From contig JASMMA010000005.1 of NCBI GenBank assembly GCA_030748415.1, forward strand, positions 3,434-67,433: 64,000 nt of DNA, given 5' to 3'. This document shows positions 37,088 to 44,808 of this stretch, piece after piece (position 1 is the first letter of the stretch; every line of letters starts with the position of its first letter). The notes under the pieces were generated by a model, which saw nothing but the letters and a program-made list of their open reading frames with translations, did not search any database and was not told the origin of the DNA. Origin of the DNA: Planctomycetota bacterium (GTDB lineage Bacteria; Planctomycetota; UBA1135). Position numbers and translations under genes: made by a program.

Positions 37088-38571
37088 GAGTTGGGTTCCT
37101 CTTGGCCTGCAAAAATCCATGCTTTTTCAAAGGGAAGCATCGAGAGAGCTGTAAGCGCAGCAACAACAGGGAACACATGGGTTTCCAATTCATTTCCTGT
37201 CGCCACCAAGCAACCCAACCCCGTTGCAAGAATCAAACCTAATACAAAAAGTAATGGGCCACTGCGACCTGCTAAGCGGCGGCGAGCGCGATCTGCGCTT
37301 GCGGTTTTTGTTTTTCCACGAATCTCATGATTCAAGAATGCGAGATTCAGAATCCCCAATAAGGCTAATACCTGACCAGCTAAGACTGAAGCGGTTACAC
37401 CCTCAAAAGCAAAGGCAAGAAGCAATCCCAGGAGAGAAGCACGGGCAATGAGGGCAGGGAATAAGCCATTCTCTAACCACAAGTCGCGGCCGCGACATTG
37501 AGAAAACAAAAATGCGGAATAACCCGATGTCATGACGGCAATTGGTAAAGCAAGCCACCGCAAAACTGAAACCAATTCAGTTAAGCCCGCCCATTGGCAG
37601 GCAAGCGATGCCACAGTCACCGCACCAAACATCGACAAAATCCAAGCTCCGCGAACGAGCCATGAAGCGGAATTGCCTCGTGTCAATAAGGAAAGCGCCC
37701 GCTCAGGTTTGCCAAGGTCTGCAATCAGCAAAGCGGCGGTGAGAGCAAGGGCCACAAGTGCTACCCACTCATGGATTCCACCCGCGGGCATTCCGAGATA
37801 TGCCAATAGGGGCGCAACCAACATCGCGCCGGCGGCAACATTTTTGGTGAACAAATATCCCCAAACATGCCAACCCCAAGGGGGCGCGTGGTCTGTGTCC
37901 AAAACAGTTTTGGGTTCACCCGGTTCAAATTGGGGAAGACCTTCAGGGATTCCTGGAGGGGGGAAGCGGCGGTCCGACCAGAGCCAGGAGTCGGGCTGAC
38001 TTGTGGCGCCAGGCTCTAAAGATGCCTCGAGGGCATCTACATACCAAACTCGGGGCCCTGTTCCTTTTTCTTCTCGCCGCCGTTGAACAGGTAAATCTAA
38101 AACTGTCTGGGAAATAGGGGATTGGGGGTCGTCTAAGTCTCCTGCGAGAATAGCCTGTTCAGGACAAATCACTGCGCATGCGGGTTGAAGCCCCACCTCG
38201 ACTCGGTGAGCGCAGAAATGGCATTTCTCAGCTACACCAGAGTCTGGGTTCAAGTAAAGCGCGTCGTATGGACAAGCTTGCATGCAAGATGCACAACCGA
38301 TACAGGCGCCTCGGTCTAAGTCCACAATGCCGTCGTCGCGCTTGCTGAGGGCGTGCACGGGGCAAATTTTCATACAGGGTGCATCGTCGCAATGATTGCA
38401 ACGCATCACGCTGAAGTGGCGGCGGGAGTCGGGAAACTCCCCCACTTCGACATACTTCACCCAAGTGCGGAAACTGCCCACCGGCACTTCATTTTCAGAT
38501 TTGCATACTACGGTGCAGGCGTGACAGCCAATGCACTTTCGCTGGTCAATGACAAATCCGTAGGCGGTCAT
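37084..38571 (-). CDS. fusion of four-cluster 4Fe-4S ferredoxin (PsrB/DmsB-like) and NrfD/PsrC-like membrane anchor
   Basis: The Cys clusters are CIGCHACTVVC, CNHCDDAPC, CIGCASCMQAC and CHFCAHR...C. About 300 aa of polytopic membrane domain follow. Confidence 0.85.
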   Translation of the reverse strand: MTAYGFVIDQRKCIGCHACTVVCKSENEVPVGSFRTWVKYVEVGEFPDSRRHFSVMRCNHCDDAPCMKICPVHALSKRDDGIVDLDRGACIGCASCMQACPYDALYLNPDSGVAEKCHFCAHRVEVGLQPACAVICPEQAILAGDLDDPQSPISQTVLDLPVQRRREEKGTGPRVWYVDALEASLEPGATSQPDSWLWSDRRFPPPGIPEGLPQFEPGEPKTVLDTDHAPPWGWHVWGYLFTKNVAAGAMLVAPLLAYLGMPAGGIHEWVALVALALTAALLIADLGKPERALSLLTRGNSASWLVRGAWILSMFGAVTVASLACQWAGLTELVSVLRWLALPIAVMTSGYSAFLFSQCRGRDLWLENGLFPALIARASLLGLLLAFAFEGVTASVLAGQVLALLGILNLAFLNHEIRGKTKTASADRARRRLAGRSGPLLFVLGLILATGLGCLVATGNELETHVFPVVAALTALSMLPFEKAWIFAGQEEPNS

Positions 38572-38603
38572 ACTCCGCTCAGTTTAAGGTCGCGGCAAGA
38601 ATC

Positions 38604-38769
38604 AGACACTGACACAATCCGCTGGGTCATTTTTTTCTTAATCCCTTTGCTATTAATCACTTGGGATCCAATTAAGTTGAGACCTAGCCCTGTCTCAATT
38701 CGAGTACCCAAACCTCTTCCATAAATGGCTTTGCGGAAAGGGGTGACCCAGCGGATTGTGTCAGTGTCT
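38604..38769. repeat. hairpin element E1: perfect 26-bp terminal inverted repeats, 114-bp spacer
   Basis: 38604-38629 (AGACACTGACACAATCCGCTGGGTCA) is the exact reverse complement of 38744-38769. Confidence 0.95.
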
Positions 38770-39761
38770 TAGTGGGCCACGAAGCCCAAAAGTTCGACCT
38801 GGCCATTGGTGTAATGATCCTTCTGCTCCTCATCCGAACAATAGTCGGTCGAGAGATACTTTTTGTTGCTATCAGCAAAAACCGTGGCCACATCTCCCCC
38901 CGTCTGGAGGGCAATCTGAACTGCGCCAACGAAATTCGCGCCGGACGAAATTCCCACCGCTAAGCCTAGATCTGCCGCAAGCTTTTGAGCCATCAAAATG
39001 GCGTCCCCATCCCAGACATCCACAATGTCGCTGAGCCAGTCTAGTTCCACAATCGAAGGCACGAATTCATCGGAAATACCCTGAATCCGGTGCTTTCCAA
39101 CCTTGCAGCCGGTGCTCATCGTGGGGGAGTTGGCCGGCTCAAGAGGGTGGCTGGGGAAGTCCTCTCCCAATTTCTCGCGTAAAAACCGCCCGACACCCAT
39201 GACCGTTCCGCCCGTGCCAACACCTGCAACGAAGGCGGTAGGAATTGCCTCAGCCGCCTGCATTTGGGACAAAATTTCTGGACCGGTCCCTCGGTAGTGG
39301 GCCTCGATGTTGGCCTCATTGTCAAATTGGTGAGGCAAGAAGACCCCAGGCGTTTCAGCAGCAAAGGAGTCCGCCTTTTGAATGCTTCCCAAAAAACCAC
39401 CCTCTTCCTTGCTCACGGGTATCACAGCAGCGCCCAGGCTCTGGATTACCTGCACCCGCTCCATGCTCATCCAGTCTGGCATATAAATCCGCACCGAGTG
39501 CCCCAAGGCTCGTCCAACAGCAGCGAAAGAGATTCCCGTGTTGCCAGATGTGGCTTCTACTAAGGTGTCCCCCGCCCTGACTGCACCCTTTGCATAAGCA
39601 TCCCGCATGATGTGCAGGGCCATCCGGTCCTTAATACTCCCAGTAAAGTTGATAGATTCCTGTTTCGCCCAAATAGAGAACTCCTTCCCCTCTACGCGGC
39701 ACCGAATCTGAAGGATTGGAGTGTTCCCAATCAATTTTTCAAGGGCGGCAATGTTGTTCAT
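38769..39761 (-). CDS. cysK: cysteine synthase (PLP-dependent, CysK/CysM family)
   Basis: It has GNTP, NFTGSIKDR (the PLP lysine) and TSGNTGISFA motifs. Confidence 0.9.
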   Translation of the reverse strand: MNNIAALEKLIGNTPILQIRCRVEGKEFSIWAKQESINFTGSIKDRMALHIMRDAYAKGAVRAGDTLVEATSGNTGISFAAVGRALGHSVRIYMPDWMSMERVQVIQSLGAAVIPVSKEEGGFLGSIQKADSFAAETPGVFLPHQFDNEANIEAHYRGTGPEILSQMQAAEAIPTAFVAGVGTGGTVMGVGRFLREKLGEDFPSHPLEPANSPTMSTGCKVGKHRIQGISDEFVPSIVELDWLSDIVDVWDGDAILMAQKLAADLGLAVGISSGANFVGAVQIALQTGGDVATVFADSNKKYLSTDYCSDEEQKDHYTNGQVELLGFVAH

Positions 39762-39798
39762 GGGGAGTCAAAATAACGCTTTCATCCTATCGCGCCAC

Positions 39799-39830
39799 AA
39801 AAAAAGGAGTCACTCCTAAGAGCAACTCCG
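39799..39830 (-). terminator. putative terminator downstream of tRNA-Leu
   Basis: On the minus strand, GGAGT...ACTCC hairpin options are followed by T7 (A-run 39799-39805 on the plus strand). Confidence 0.45.
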
Positions 39831-39836
39831 ATGTTT

Positions 39837-39925
39837 TGGTGCCGGGAACAGGGGTCGAACCTGCACTGAGTATTATCCCAACATGGCCCTCAACCATGCG
39901 CGTCTGCCAATTCCGCCATCCCGGC
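39837..39925 (-). tRNA. tRNA-Leu (anticodon GAG), 89 nt with encoded CCA
   Basis: I folded it by hand. The acceptor is GCCGGGA/TCCCGGC. The anticodon stem is CATGG/CCATG with loop TTGAGGG. It has a long variable arm and a GGTTCGACCCC T-arm. Confidence 0.9.
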
Positions 39926-39958
39926 TGGGTTTGGGGTTGGAGATTCTACAAAAGCGGC

Positions 39959-40274
39959 GATTTGTTTGTGATGAGATTTGTTGGGTGTGTTTGGTTTTCT
40001 GTGCGAGGAGATCCGTTGCGCTCCAGTGGCACTAGGCCGCATCCGGCGGCTTTGCGGCAAAATCCCCACCTCGGGCGAGTAAGTGTGACCCATAACGACC
40101 AATATCGCCAATACAGGTTTGATTGTGGGGAGGAGATTGCGGCCCGAGTTTATCTGGCGGAGCCGAAATGAGATTTGCCAGGGGAGGCCACATACCAGGC
40201 AAGGAATCCGAACGGGAGGACCCCCTGCGAGTAGGGTCTTTTTTTATCGGTAAAAAGGGTCGGGTTCGGTATCG
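39959..40274 (+). repeat. paralogous intergenic element, copy B (candidate sRNA gene, sense on plus strand)
   Basis: It aligns with rc 27962-28328. The conserved 38-nt block is 40003-40040. The hairpin plus T7 is 40219-40245. The last 28 nt overlap the 3' end of the convergent 706-aa gene. Confidence 0.85.
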
Positions 40275-42364
40275 AAAGATAACTCGCCTGAGATTAGAAG
40301 ACTTGCGTCACGGCGGCCCATCTCCAGAGAAATCCCTAGCCACTTCAAGGCCATTGCCGGAAGAAAGGACAGTTGGGCGCGCTCGACCATTGTTGGCCGT
40401 TGCCTCTCCCACTGTGCGGATGCGCGATCTTGGAGAGCTTCGTCCACAGCATCCATTAGGCGCTGCTTTTGTGCCTCCTTTAATTGGATTGCGCCAGGAA
40501 ACAAAAACTCCCTTTGTTTCTTCTCTTCTTCCGGGCGCCATTGGCGGAACACACTATTCTCCATTCTTGTGAGAAATTCTGCTCGCGCAGACTGTTCCGC
40601 AAGTTGGCTGAGCCAGTGAGCTGACTTCAATGGTTCGCCGTAGAGAAAGAACTTTGAGCCCCCCTGGATTCCATTCAAGATTGATTTGAATCCCTTTTGG
40701 TGAGACAACTTGAATTCATCGGCACTATTGGCAGATTCTGAAATGTGTGCAACATCCACAATGTCCCGAAGGTACTTGTAAGAGTTTGTCACAACAACTG
40801 TTGGAGGGCGAGTGTTTGGTAATTTATAGACAACGAATTCTCCGGTACCAGGAATCATTGGAGATGAGAACGAAATTGCTTTAGAGCCTCCACCAATGGG
40901 AACACTTTCAACTCGAGGGCGGTCTGAGCCTTGAGCAAAGCTACTTGCATTATTCTTAAAGAACTCCAGCAAGTTTTCGAAACCCGAAGGATCTTTCAAC
41001 TTGCCCATCATTGCGAAAACAGGAACTGGTGAATCATCATGCTCAACATCCAGGGTCTCATCAGCTGGATAGTCGTTTCGGCGGATGGAGAAATAAAGCC
41101 CCCCGTGCAATGTTTGGCCAATAGTCTCAAAAAGATGGGCCATCCCTTGATACTTTCCCGTCTCGATAATTATTTCATCAAGGATCCGACGAACATCTTT
41201 GGGGAATGAGGATTCTAGTTGGAGCAGTGTTCGGCCTGAATCACCAGCAATGGCCCCGAAAAGAAATGACTCTGCGGGAACCCTCCCAGCAAATTCTTTG
41301 AGAGATTTTTCGCCAATTCCCTTTCCCTCGGCCCATCCGCGTTGAAATGCAGGTGCCTCGCTTAAATCAATGTCACCGGAAAACCGACCCTCAAAGTGAT
41401 TGCCAGGTAACCAATAGCCAGACAAGTACCGCAAAAGTTCGGTGTTAAAAAAGGAGCTAAGGACACGAGCCCAGTATGCCGTGGATTTTGGATTTGGGAA
41501 CACTCCAAATTTTTTGGATGCCTCATCCCAGTCCACAAAAATTTCGAGTGGCTCGTCGCTTGGCGTTAAAAATGCCGTGACATTGTCTCGATATTTCGAC
41601 GCACGACCTATTGAATCTTGGCCAGAGCGGTTTTCTAAATCCTTTGCAATATCCAACCACTCCCGGCTAGTTGAAAGAACCAATACATCTTTCATGCGAG
41701 TTAAAAAGGCATCGCGCATTCCAAATGGAGGAAATTGAACTAATTTATATCGGTCGCCGCCAAGCTCTTCGAGCCCCAAGGCCTGAACTTTCGAGCGTAC
41801 AGAACTGAACCCTAGCAGGGAAATCCCCGCCTTTACTTTAAATGAAACCCGCAACATCAAAAGCCCGTCGAATTCGGACCCCAATGATGGTGTGCCACGG
41901 CCGGCTAATACAACTTCCTTCAAAATATCGTTGGTCAAACTTAAGCCGGGTGGAAGATTTCCCATAACTTTGCGCAATTCTTCAGCCATTTGGCTAGAAC
42001 CCGTTGAAGCATCCCATTGTTTGAAAGTTCCGCCTGCTTCTAACTTTTGGCCAACCTTGCTCTCGGAAAAATCCTCCCAGACCGTCGGTACAGGGAAATC
42101 GCCAAACCGTTCTCCAGGCTTCTTCCAGTGGAGAAAATAATCCACCTCCCGGGGGACAACATCAGCCATGTCACCCAAGTCATCCTCCAAGGGATTAAAG
42201 AAGATGGTGGCGAAAAGGAAGTAGAGAATCACGAGCACCCCAAACAGGATGGTGATAATCCACATGAAGCGTTGACTGGTGAGGAACTCACGCAGGCGGT
42301 CGAGGAAGGAAAGTTGAGGCATTGGGGAGTTCTTTGGACGGCGAAAGAATAGAATCTCGTCCAT
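40244..42364 (-). CDS. membrane-anchored hypothetical protein (706 aa)
   Basis: The ORF is long and has one N-terminal TM segment, FMWIITILFGVLVILYFLFATIFF. I recognise no catalytic motif. Confidence 0.75.
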   Translation of the reverse strand: MDEILFFRRPKNSPMPQLSFLDRLREFLTSQRFMWIITILFGVLVILYFLFATIFFNPLEDDLGDMADVVPREVDYFLHWKKPGERFGDFPVPTVWEDFSESKVGQKLEAGGTFKQWDASTGSSQMAEELRKVMGNLPPGLSLTNDILKEVVLAGRGTPSLGSEFDGLLMLRVSFKVKAGISLLGFSSVRSKVQALGLEELGGDRYKLVQFPPFGMRDAFLTRMKDVLVLSTSREWLDIAKDLENRSGQDSIGRASKYRDNVTAFLTPSDEPLEIFVDWDEASKKFGVFPNPKSTAYWARVLSSFFNTELLRYLSGYWLPGNHFEGRFSGDIDLSEAPAFQRGWAEGKGIGEKSLKEFAGRVPAESFLFGAIAGDSGRTLLQLESSFPKDVRRILDEIIIETGKYQGMAHLFETIGQTLHGGLYFSIRRNDYPADETLDVEHDDSPVPVFAMMGKLKDPSGFENLLEFFKNNASSFAQGSDRPRVESVPIGGGSKAISFSSPMIPGTGEFVVYKLPNTRPPTVVVTNSYKYLRDIVDVAHISESANSADEFKLSHQKGFKSILNGIQGGSKFFLYGEPLKSAHWLSQLAEQSARAEFLTRMENSVFRQWRPEEEKKQREFLFPGAIQLKEAQKQRLMDAVDEALQDRASAQWERQRPTMVERAQLSFLPAMALKWLGISLEMGRRDASLLISGELSFDTEPDPFYR

Positions 42365-42414
42365 TAATCCTAGCCAGTCGGCTGACTACAACCTTGCCCT
42401 CCACTCAATCCCCC

Positions 42415-43617
42415 ATGACCTCCCTCCAACTCTCCGCCCGCGTTGCCGCCCTTCAGCCTTCTGCGACCTTGGCCATGGTAGCTCGGGTGAAAGAGCTTCA
42501 AGCTGATGGTGTCGAAGTTTTGGACCTCACCGCCGGCGAGCCGGATTTCGGACCTCCTGCTTGTGCTGAAGCTGCTGCAAAAGAGGCAATTGATGCGAAC
42601 TTGGGGCGATATACCGCAGCGGCAGGTTTGGCTGACCTTCGAGAAGCCGCTGCGGACCTGGCAACGGAAACCACTGGCCTTGAATGGTCTTCGAGCCAGC
42701 TTTTGGTCACAACTGGGGCAAAATTGGGAATCTGCCAAGCGTTGATGGCTTTAGTCGAAGAGGGCGATGAGGTTTTATTCCCAGTTCCTTGCTGGACCTC
42801 CTATCCGGAGATGGTTCAACTCGCAGGCGGTGTACCTGTGCCTGTTCAGTGTGGAGAGAACCACTTGCCCAAGGTCGATGATTTGGCTGCGGCGGCCAGC
42901 AGCCGGGCCAAAGTCCTGCTCATCAACACGCCTTGCAATCCAACTGGCGCAGTGTACCCACGGGAATTACTAGAAGAAATCGGCGCTTGGGCCCTTGAAA
43001 AAAGAGTCGCATTAATTTCTGATGAAATTTATGCGGCCATGACCTACGGCGGGGCCAAACATGTCTCCCCCATTGCTGTTTTACCTGAGTTGCGCGAACA
43101 AGCGGTTTGGGTGGGTGGCATGAGTAAAGCTTTCGCAATGACTGGTTGGCGCATGGGGTTCTTGGGTGGACCCGCTCCCATCATTTCAAAAATCGGAGCT
43201 CTTCAAAGTCAATTGGCATCCAGTCCACCTGCGATTTCTCAGCACGCTTCAATCGCTGCTCTGCGCGGCGGGGCCGAGGATTGCCTTCGGATGCGCGAGG
43301 CATTTGAAAAGCGGTGCGTCCTTGTTTCCGATGCTCTTTCAGAAATGCCCGGTGTGGAATGCCCTCGTCCACAAGGAGCGTTCTACGCTTTTCCAGGCTT
43401 TGGGTCCTTCCTCGGGAAAACCGATTCTGAAACTGGGAGACCCATTCACTCAGGGGATGATTTAGCAGAACTTCTGCTTGAAGCCGACCGCATTGCCTTG
43501 ATTGGTGGCTCGGCTTTCGGCAAACCCGATGCCGTTCGGATTTCCTTCGCCACTTCCGAAGATGTCTTAAAGAAGGCCCTTGGACGACTTGCGGCGCGCC
43601 TTCAAAAGTTAAGCTAA
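42415..43617 (+). CDS. pyridoxal-phosphate-dependent aminotransferase (aspartate aminotransferase class I)
   Basis: It has NTPCNPTG and SKAFAMTGWRMGF (the PLP lysine). I chose the ATG at 42415. Confidence 0.9.
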   Translation: MTSLQLSARVAALQPSATLAMVARVKELQADGVEVLDLTAGEPDFGPPACAEAAAKEAIDANLGRYTAAAGLADLREAAADLATETTGLEWSSSQLLVTTGAKLGICQALMALVEEGDEVLFPVPCWTSYPEMVQLAGGVPVPVQCGENHLPKVDDLAAAASSRAKVLLINTPCNPTGAVYPRELLEEIGAWALEKRVALISDEIYAAMTYGGAKHVSPIAVLPELREQAVWVGGMSKAFAMTGWRMGFLGGPAPIISKIGALQSQLASSPPAISQHASIAALRGGAEDCLRMREAFEKRCVLVSDALSEMPGVECPRPQGAFYAFPGFGSFLGKTDSETGRPIHSGDDLAELLLEADRIALIGGSAFGKPDAVRISFATSEDVLKKALGRLAARLQKLS

Positions 43618-43647
43618 CTTACTTTGCCGTATGCATGCCCCTTTCGA

Positions 43648-44667
43648 TTATTTAAAAAGGTGCCGGCCCACCTCCCGAATTGCCGACTTTAGGAACCCAC
43701 CGTTCTGCCCACGCCGGCCAGTGGTTTTGAGGTAGAAGCGCTCCAGAGCTTTTCCCATTTCTGCGATATCCTGATACCGCCGATTGGGCTCCAGTTGGAG
43801 AGCTCGGCGGAGAATCTTCTCTAGTCCAGCCGGGGCATTTGCCCCGTGGGCTGAAAGGGGTGCAGGTCTGGGATCAAACAAAACAACATCACTTGAGAGG
43901 GTTTGTTGTATGGGGAAGGGGAGCGATCCAGTCAAAGCACGGTAAAGGACAGCACCCAAACTGAACACATCCGTTTCGGGGCCGACGGGCAGGCCAGCTT
44001 CCTCTTCGGGGCTGAGATAGCCATGCAGTGCTGGGATATCCCTTGGTGCAAAAGAGCATGGAAGCCAAAAATCAAAAAGACGAACTGACCCGAGTTTGTC
44101 CACCCTAATGTTGCCTGGCCAGAGCGCTCGGTGTAATGCACCTCTACGGTGTGCGGCGGCCAGTCCAAATGCAAGTTCACTCCCCCATCTGGCAATCGTT
44201 CCAGCCCAGCAAGAATCCCTGTGAAGTAAGGCGGGCAGGCTTGCGGAAAAAACAGTGGTGCCGCTCAGGGTGCTTGGCCAGTGGGGATGGTTGAGTGAAT
44301 GAAAGCGCAGCAAAAGTTGATCCATCCTCTCGCCAGGAACATGCTCCCGAAGGATGTAAGCTTCTTCGCCGATGCGGCCTGTTCTAAAGATGGACGATAT
44401 GGTCGGGTGTTCAGCGCGCGCAATTGCGCTTGCGGCTGCTAGGATTTCCTCAGTAGTTGTAGAACTTTCGATAAGCGGACTGTGAAAGACTTTGGCCTCA
44501 ACAAGCCGGTGAAGGGATGTGTCGTTTGCCAGCCAGAGTGTGCCAAGGGCGCCCTTTTCAATCACGCGTGCCAAATAGCAGTCCCCTAAGTTGAGGCCTG
44601 GAACGAAGTGGGTCGACCTTCCCATTGGGAAGTTGTTTCGTTCAGAATCAATTTTCGGTAGTGACAT
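43648..44667 (-). CDS. protein-kinase-like protein, predicted pseudokinase
   Basis: The fold is recognisable (GALGT loop, AKVF lysine, SPEE), but the catalytic loop reads HRALWPGN instead of HRDLKPxN, and DFG reads DFW. Confidence 0.7.
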   Translation of the reverse strand: MSLPKIDSERNNFPMGRSTHFVPGLNLGDCYLARVIEKGALGTLWLANDTSLHRLVEAKVFHSPLIESSTTTEEILAAASAIARAEHPTISSIFRTGRIGEEAYILREHVPGERMDQLLLRFHSLNHPHWPSTLSGTTVFSASLPALLHRDSCWAGTIARWGSELAFGLAAAHRRGALHRALWPGNIRVDKLGSVRLFDFWLPCSFAPRDIPALHGYLSPEEEAGLPVGPETDVFSLGAVLYRALTGSLPFPIQQTLSSDVVLFDPRPAPLSAHGANAPAGLEKILRRALQLEPNRRYQDIAEMGKALERFYLKTTGRRGQNGGFLKSAIREVGRHLFK

Positions 44668-44808
44668 TTCCTGCGCTAGCAGGGGGCATACCTGTAAGAC
44701 CCTAATCGCTCTGTATTGGCCCTGTTTCTTTTCTAGTTTTTCGAAAAGAAAAAAAGATAATTTTGGAACTTTTGGATACCTAGGCCGTCCAGTTCGACGG
44801 GAAATGCC

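Noticed and set aside
40024-40039. TGGCAC inside the conserved 38-nt block of both paralogous elements looks like a sigma-54 -24 box (TGGCACtaggcCGCA).
   Set aside because: The spacing to the GC dinucleotide is GG-N9-GC in both copies, one short of the strict N10. The -12 region also lacks TTGC. I treat it as part of the conserved RNA or DNA block, not a promoter.
44725-44751. A 9-bp AT-rich palindrome, TTTCTTTTC-N9-GAAAAGAAA, lies between the exported hypothetical gene and the pseudokinase gene.
   Set aside because: The stem has a single G-C pair (the rest are A-T) and the context is low-complexity. It is too weak to call a terminator or operator from sequence alone.
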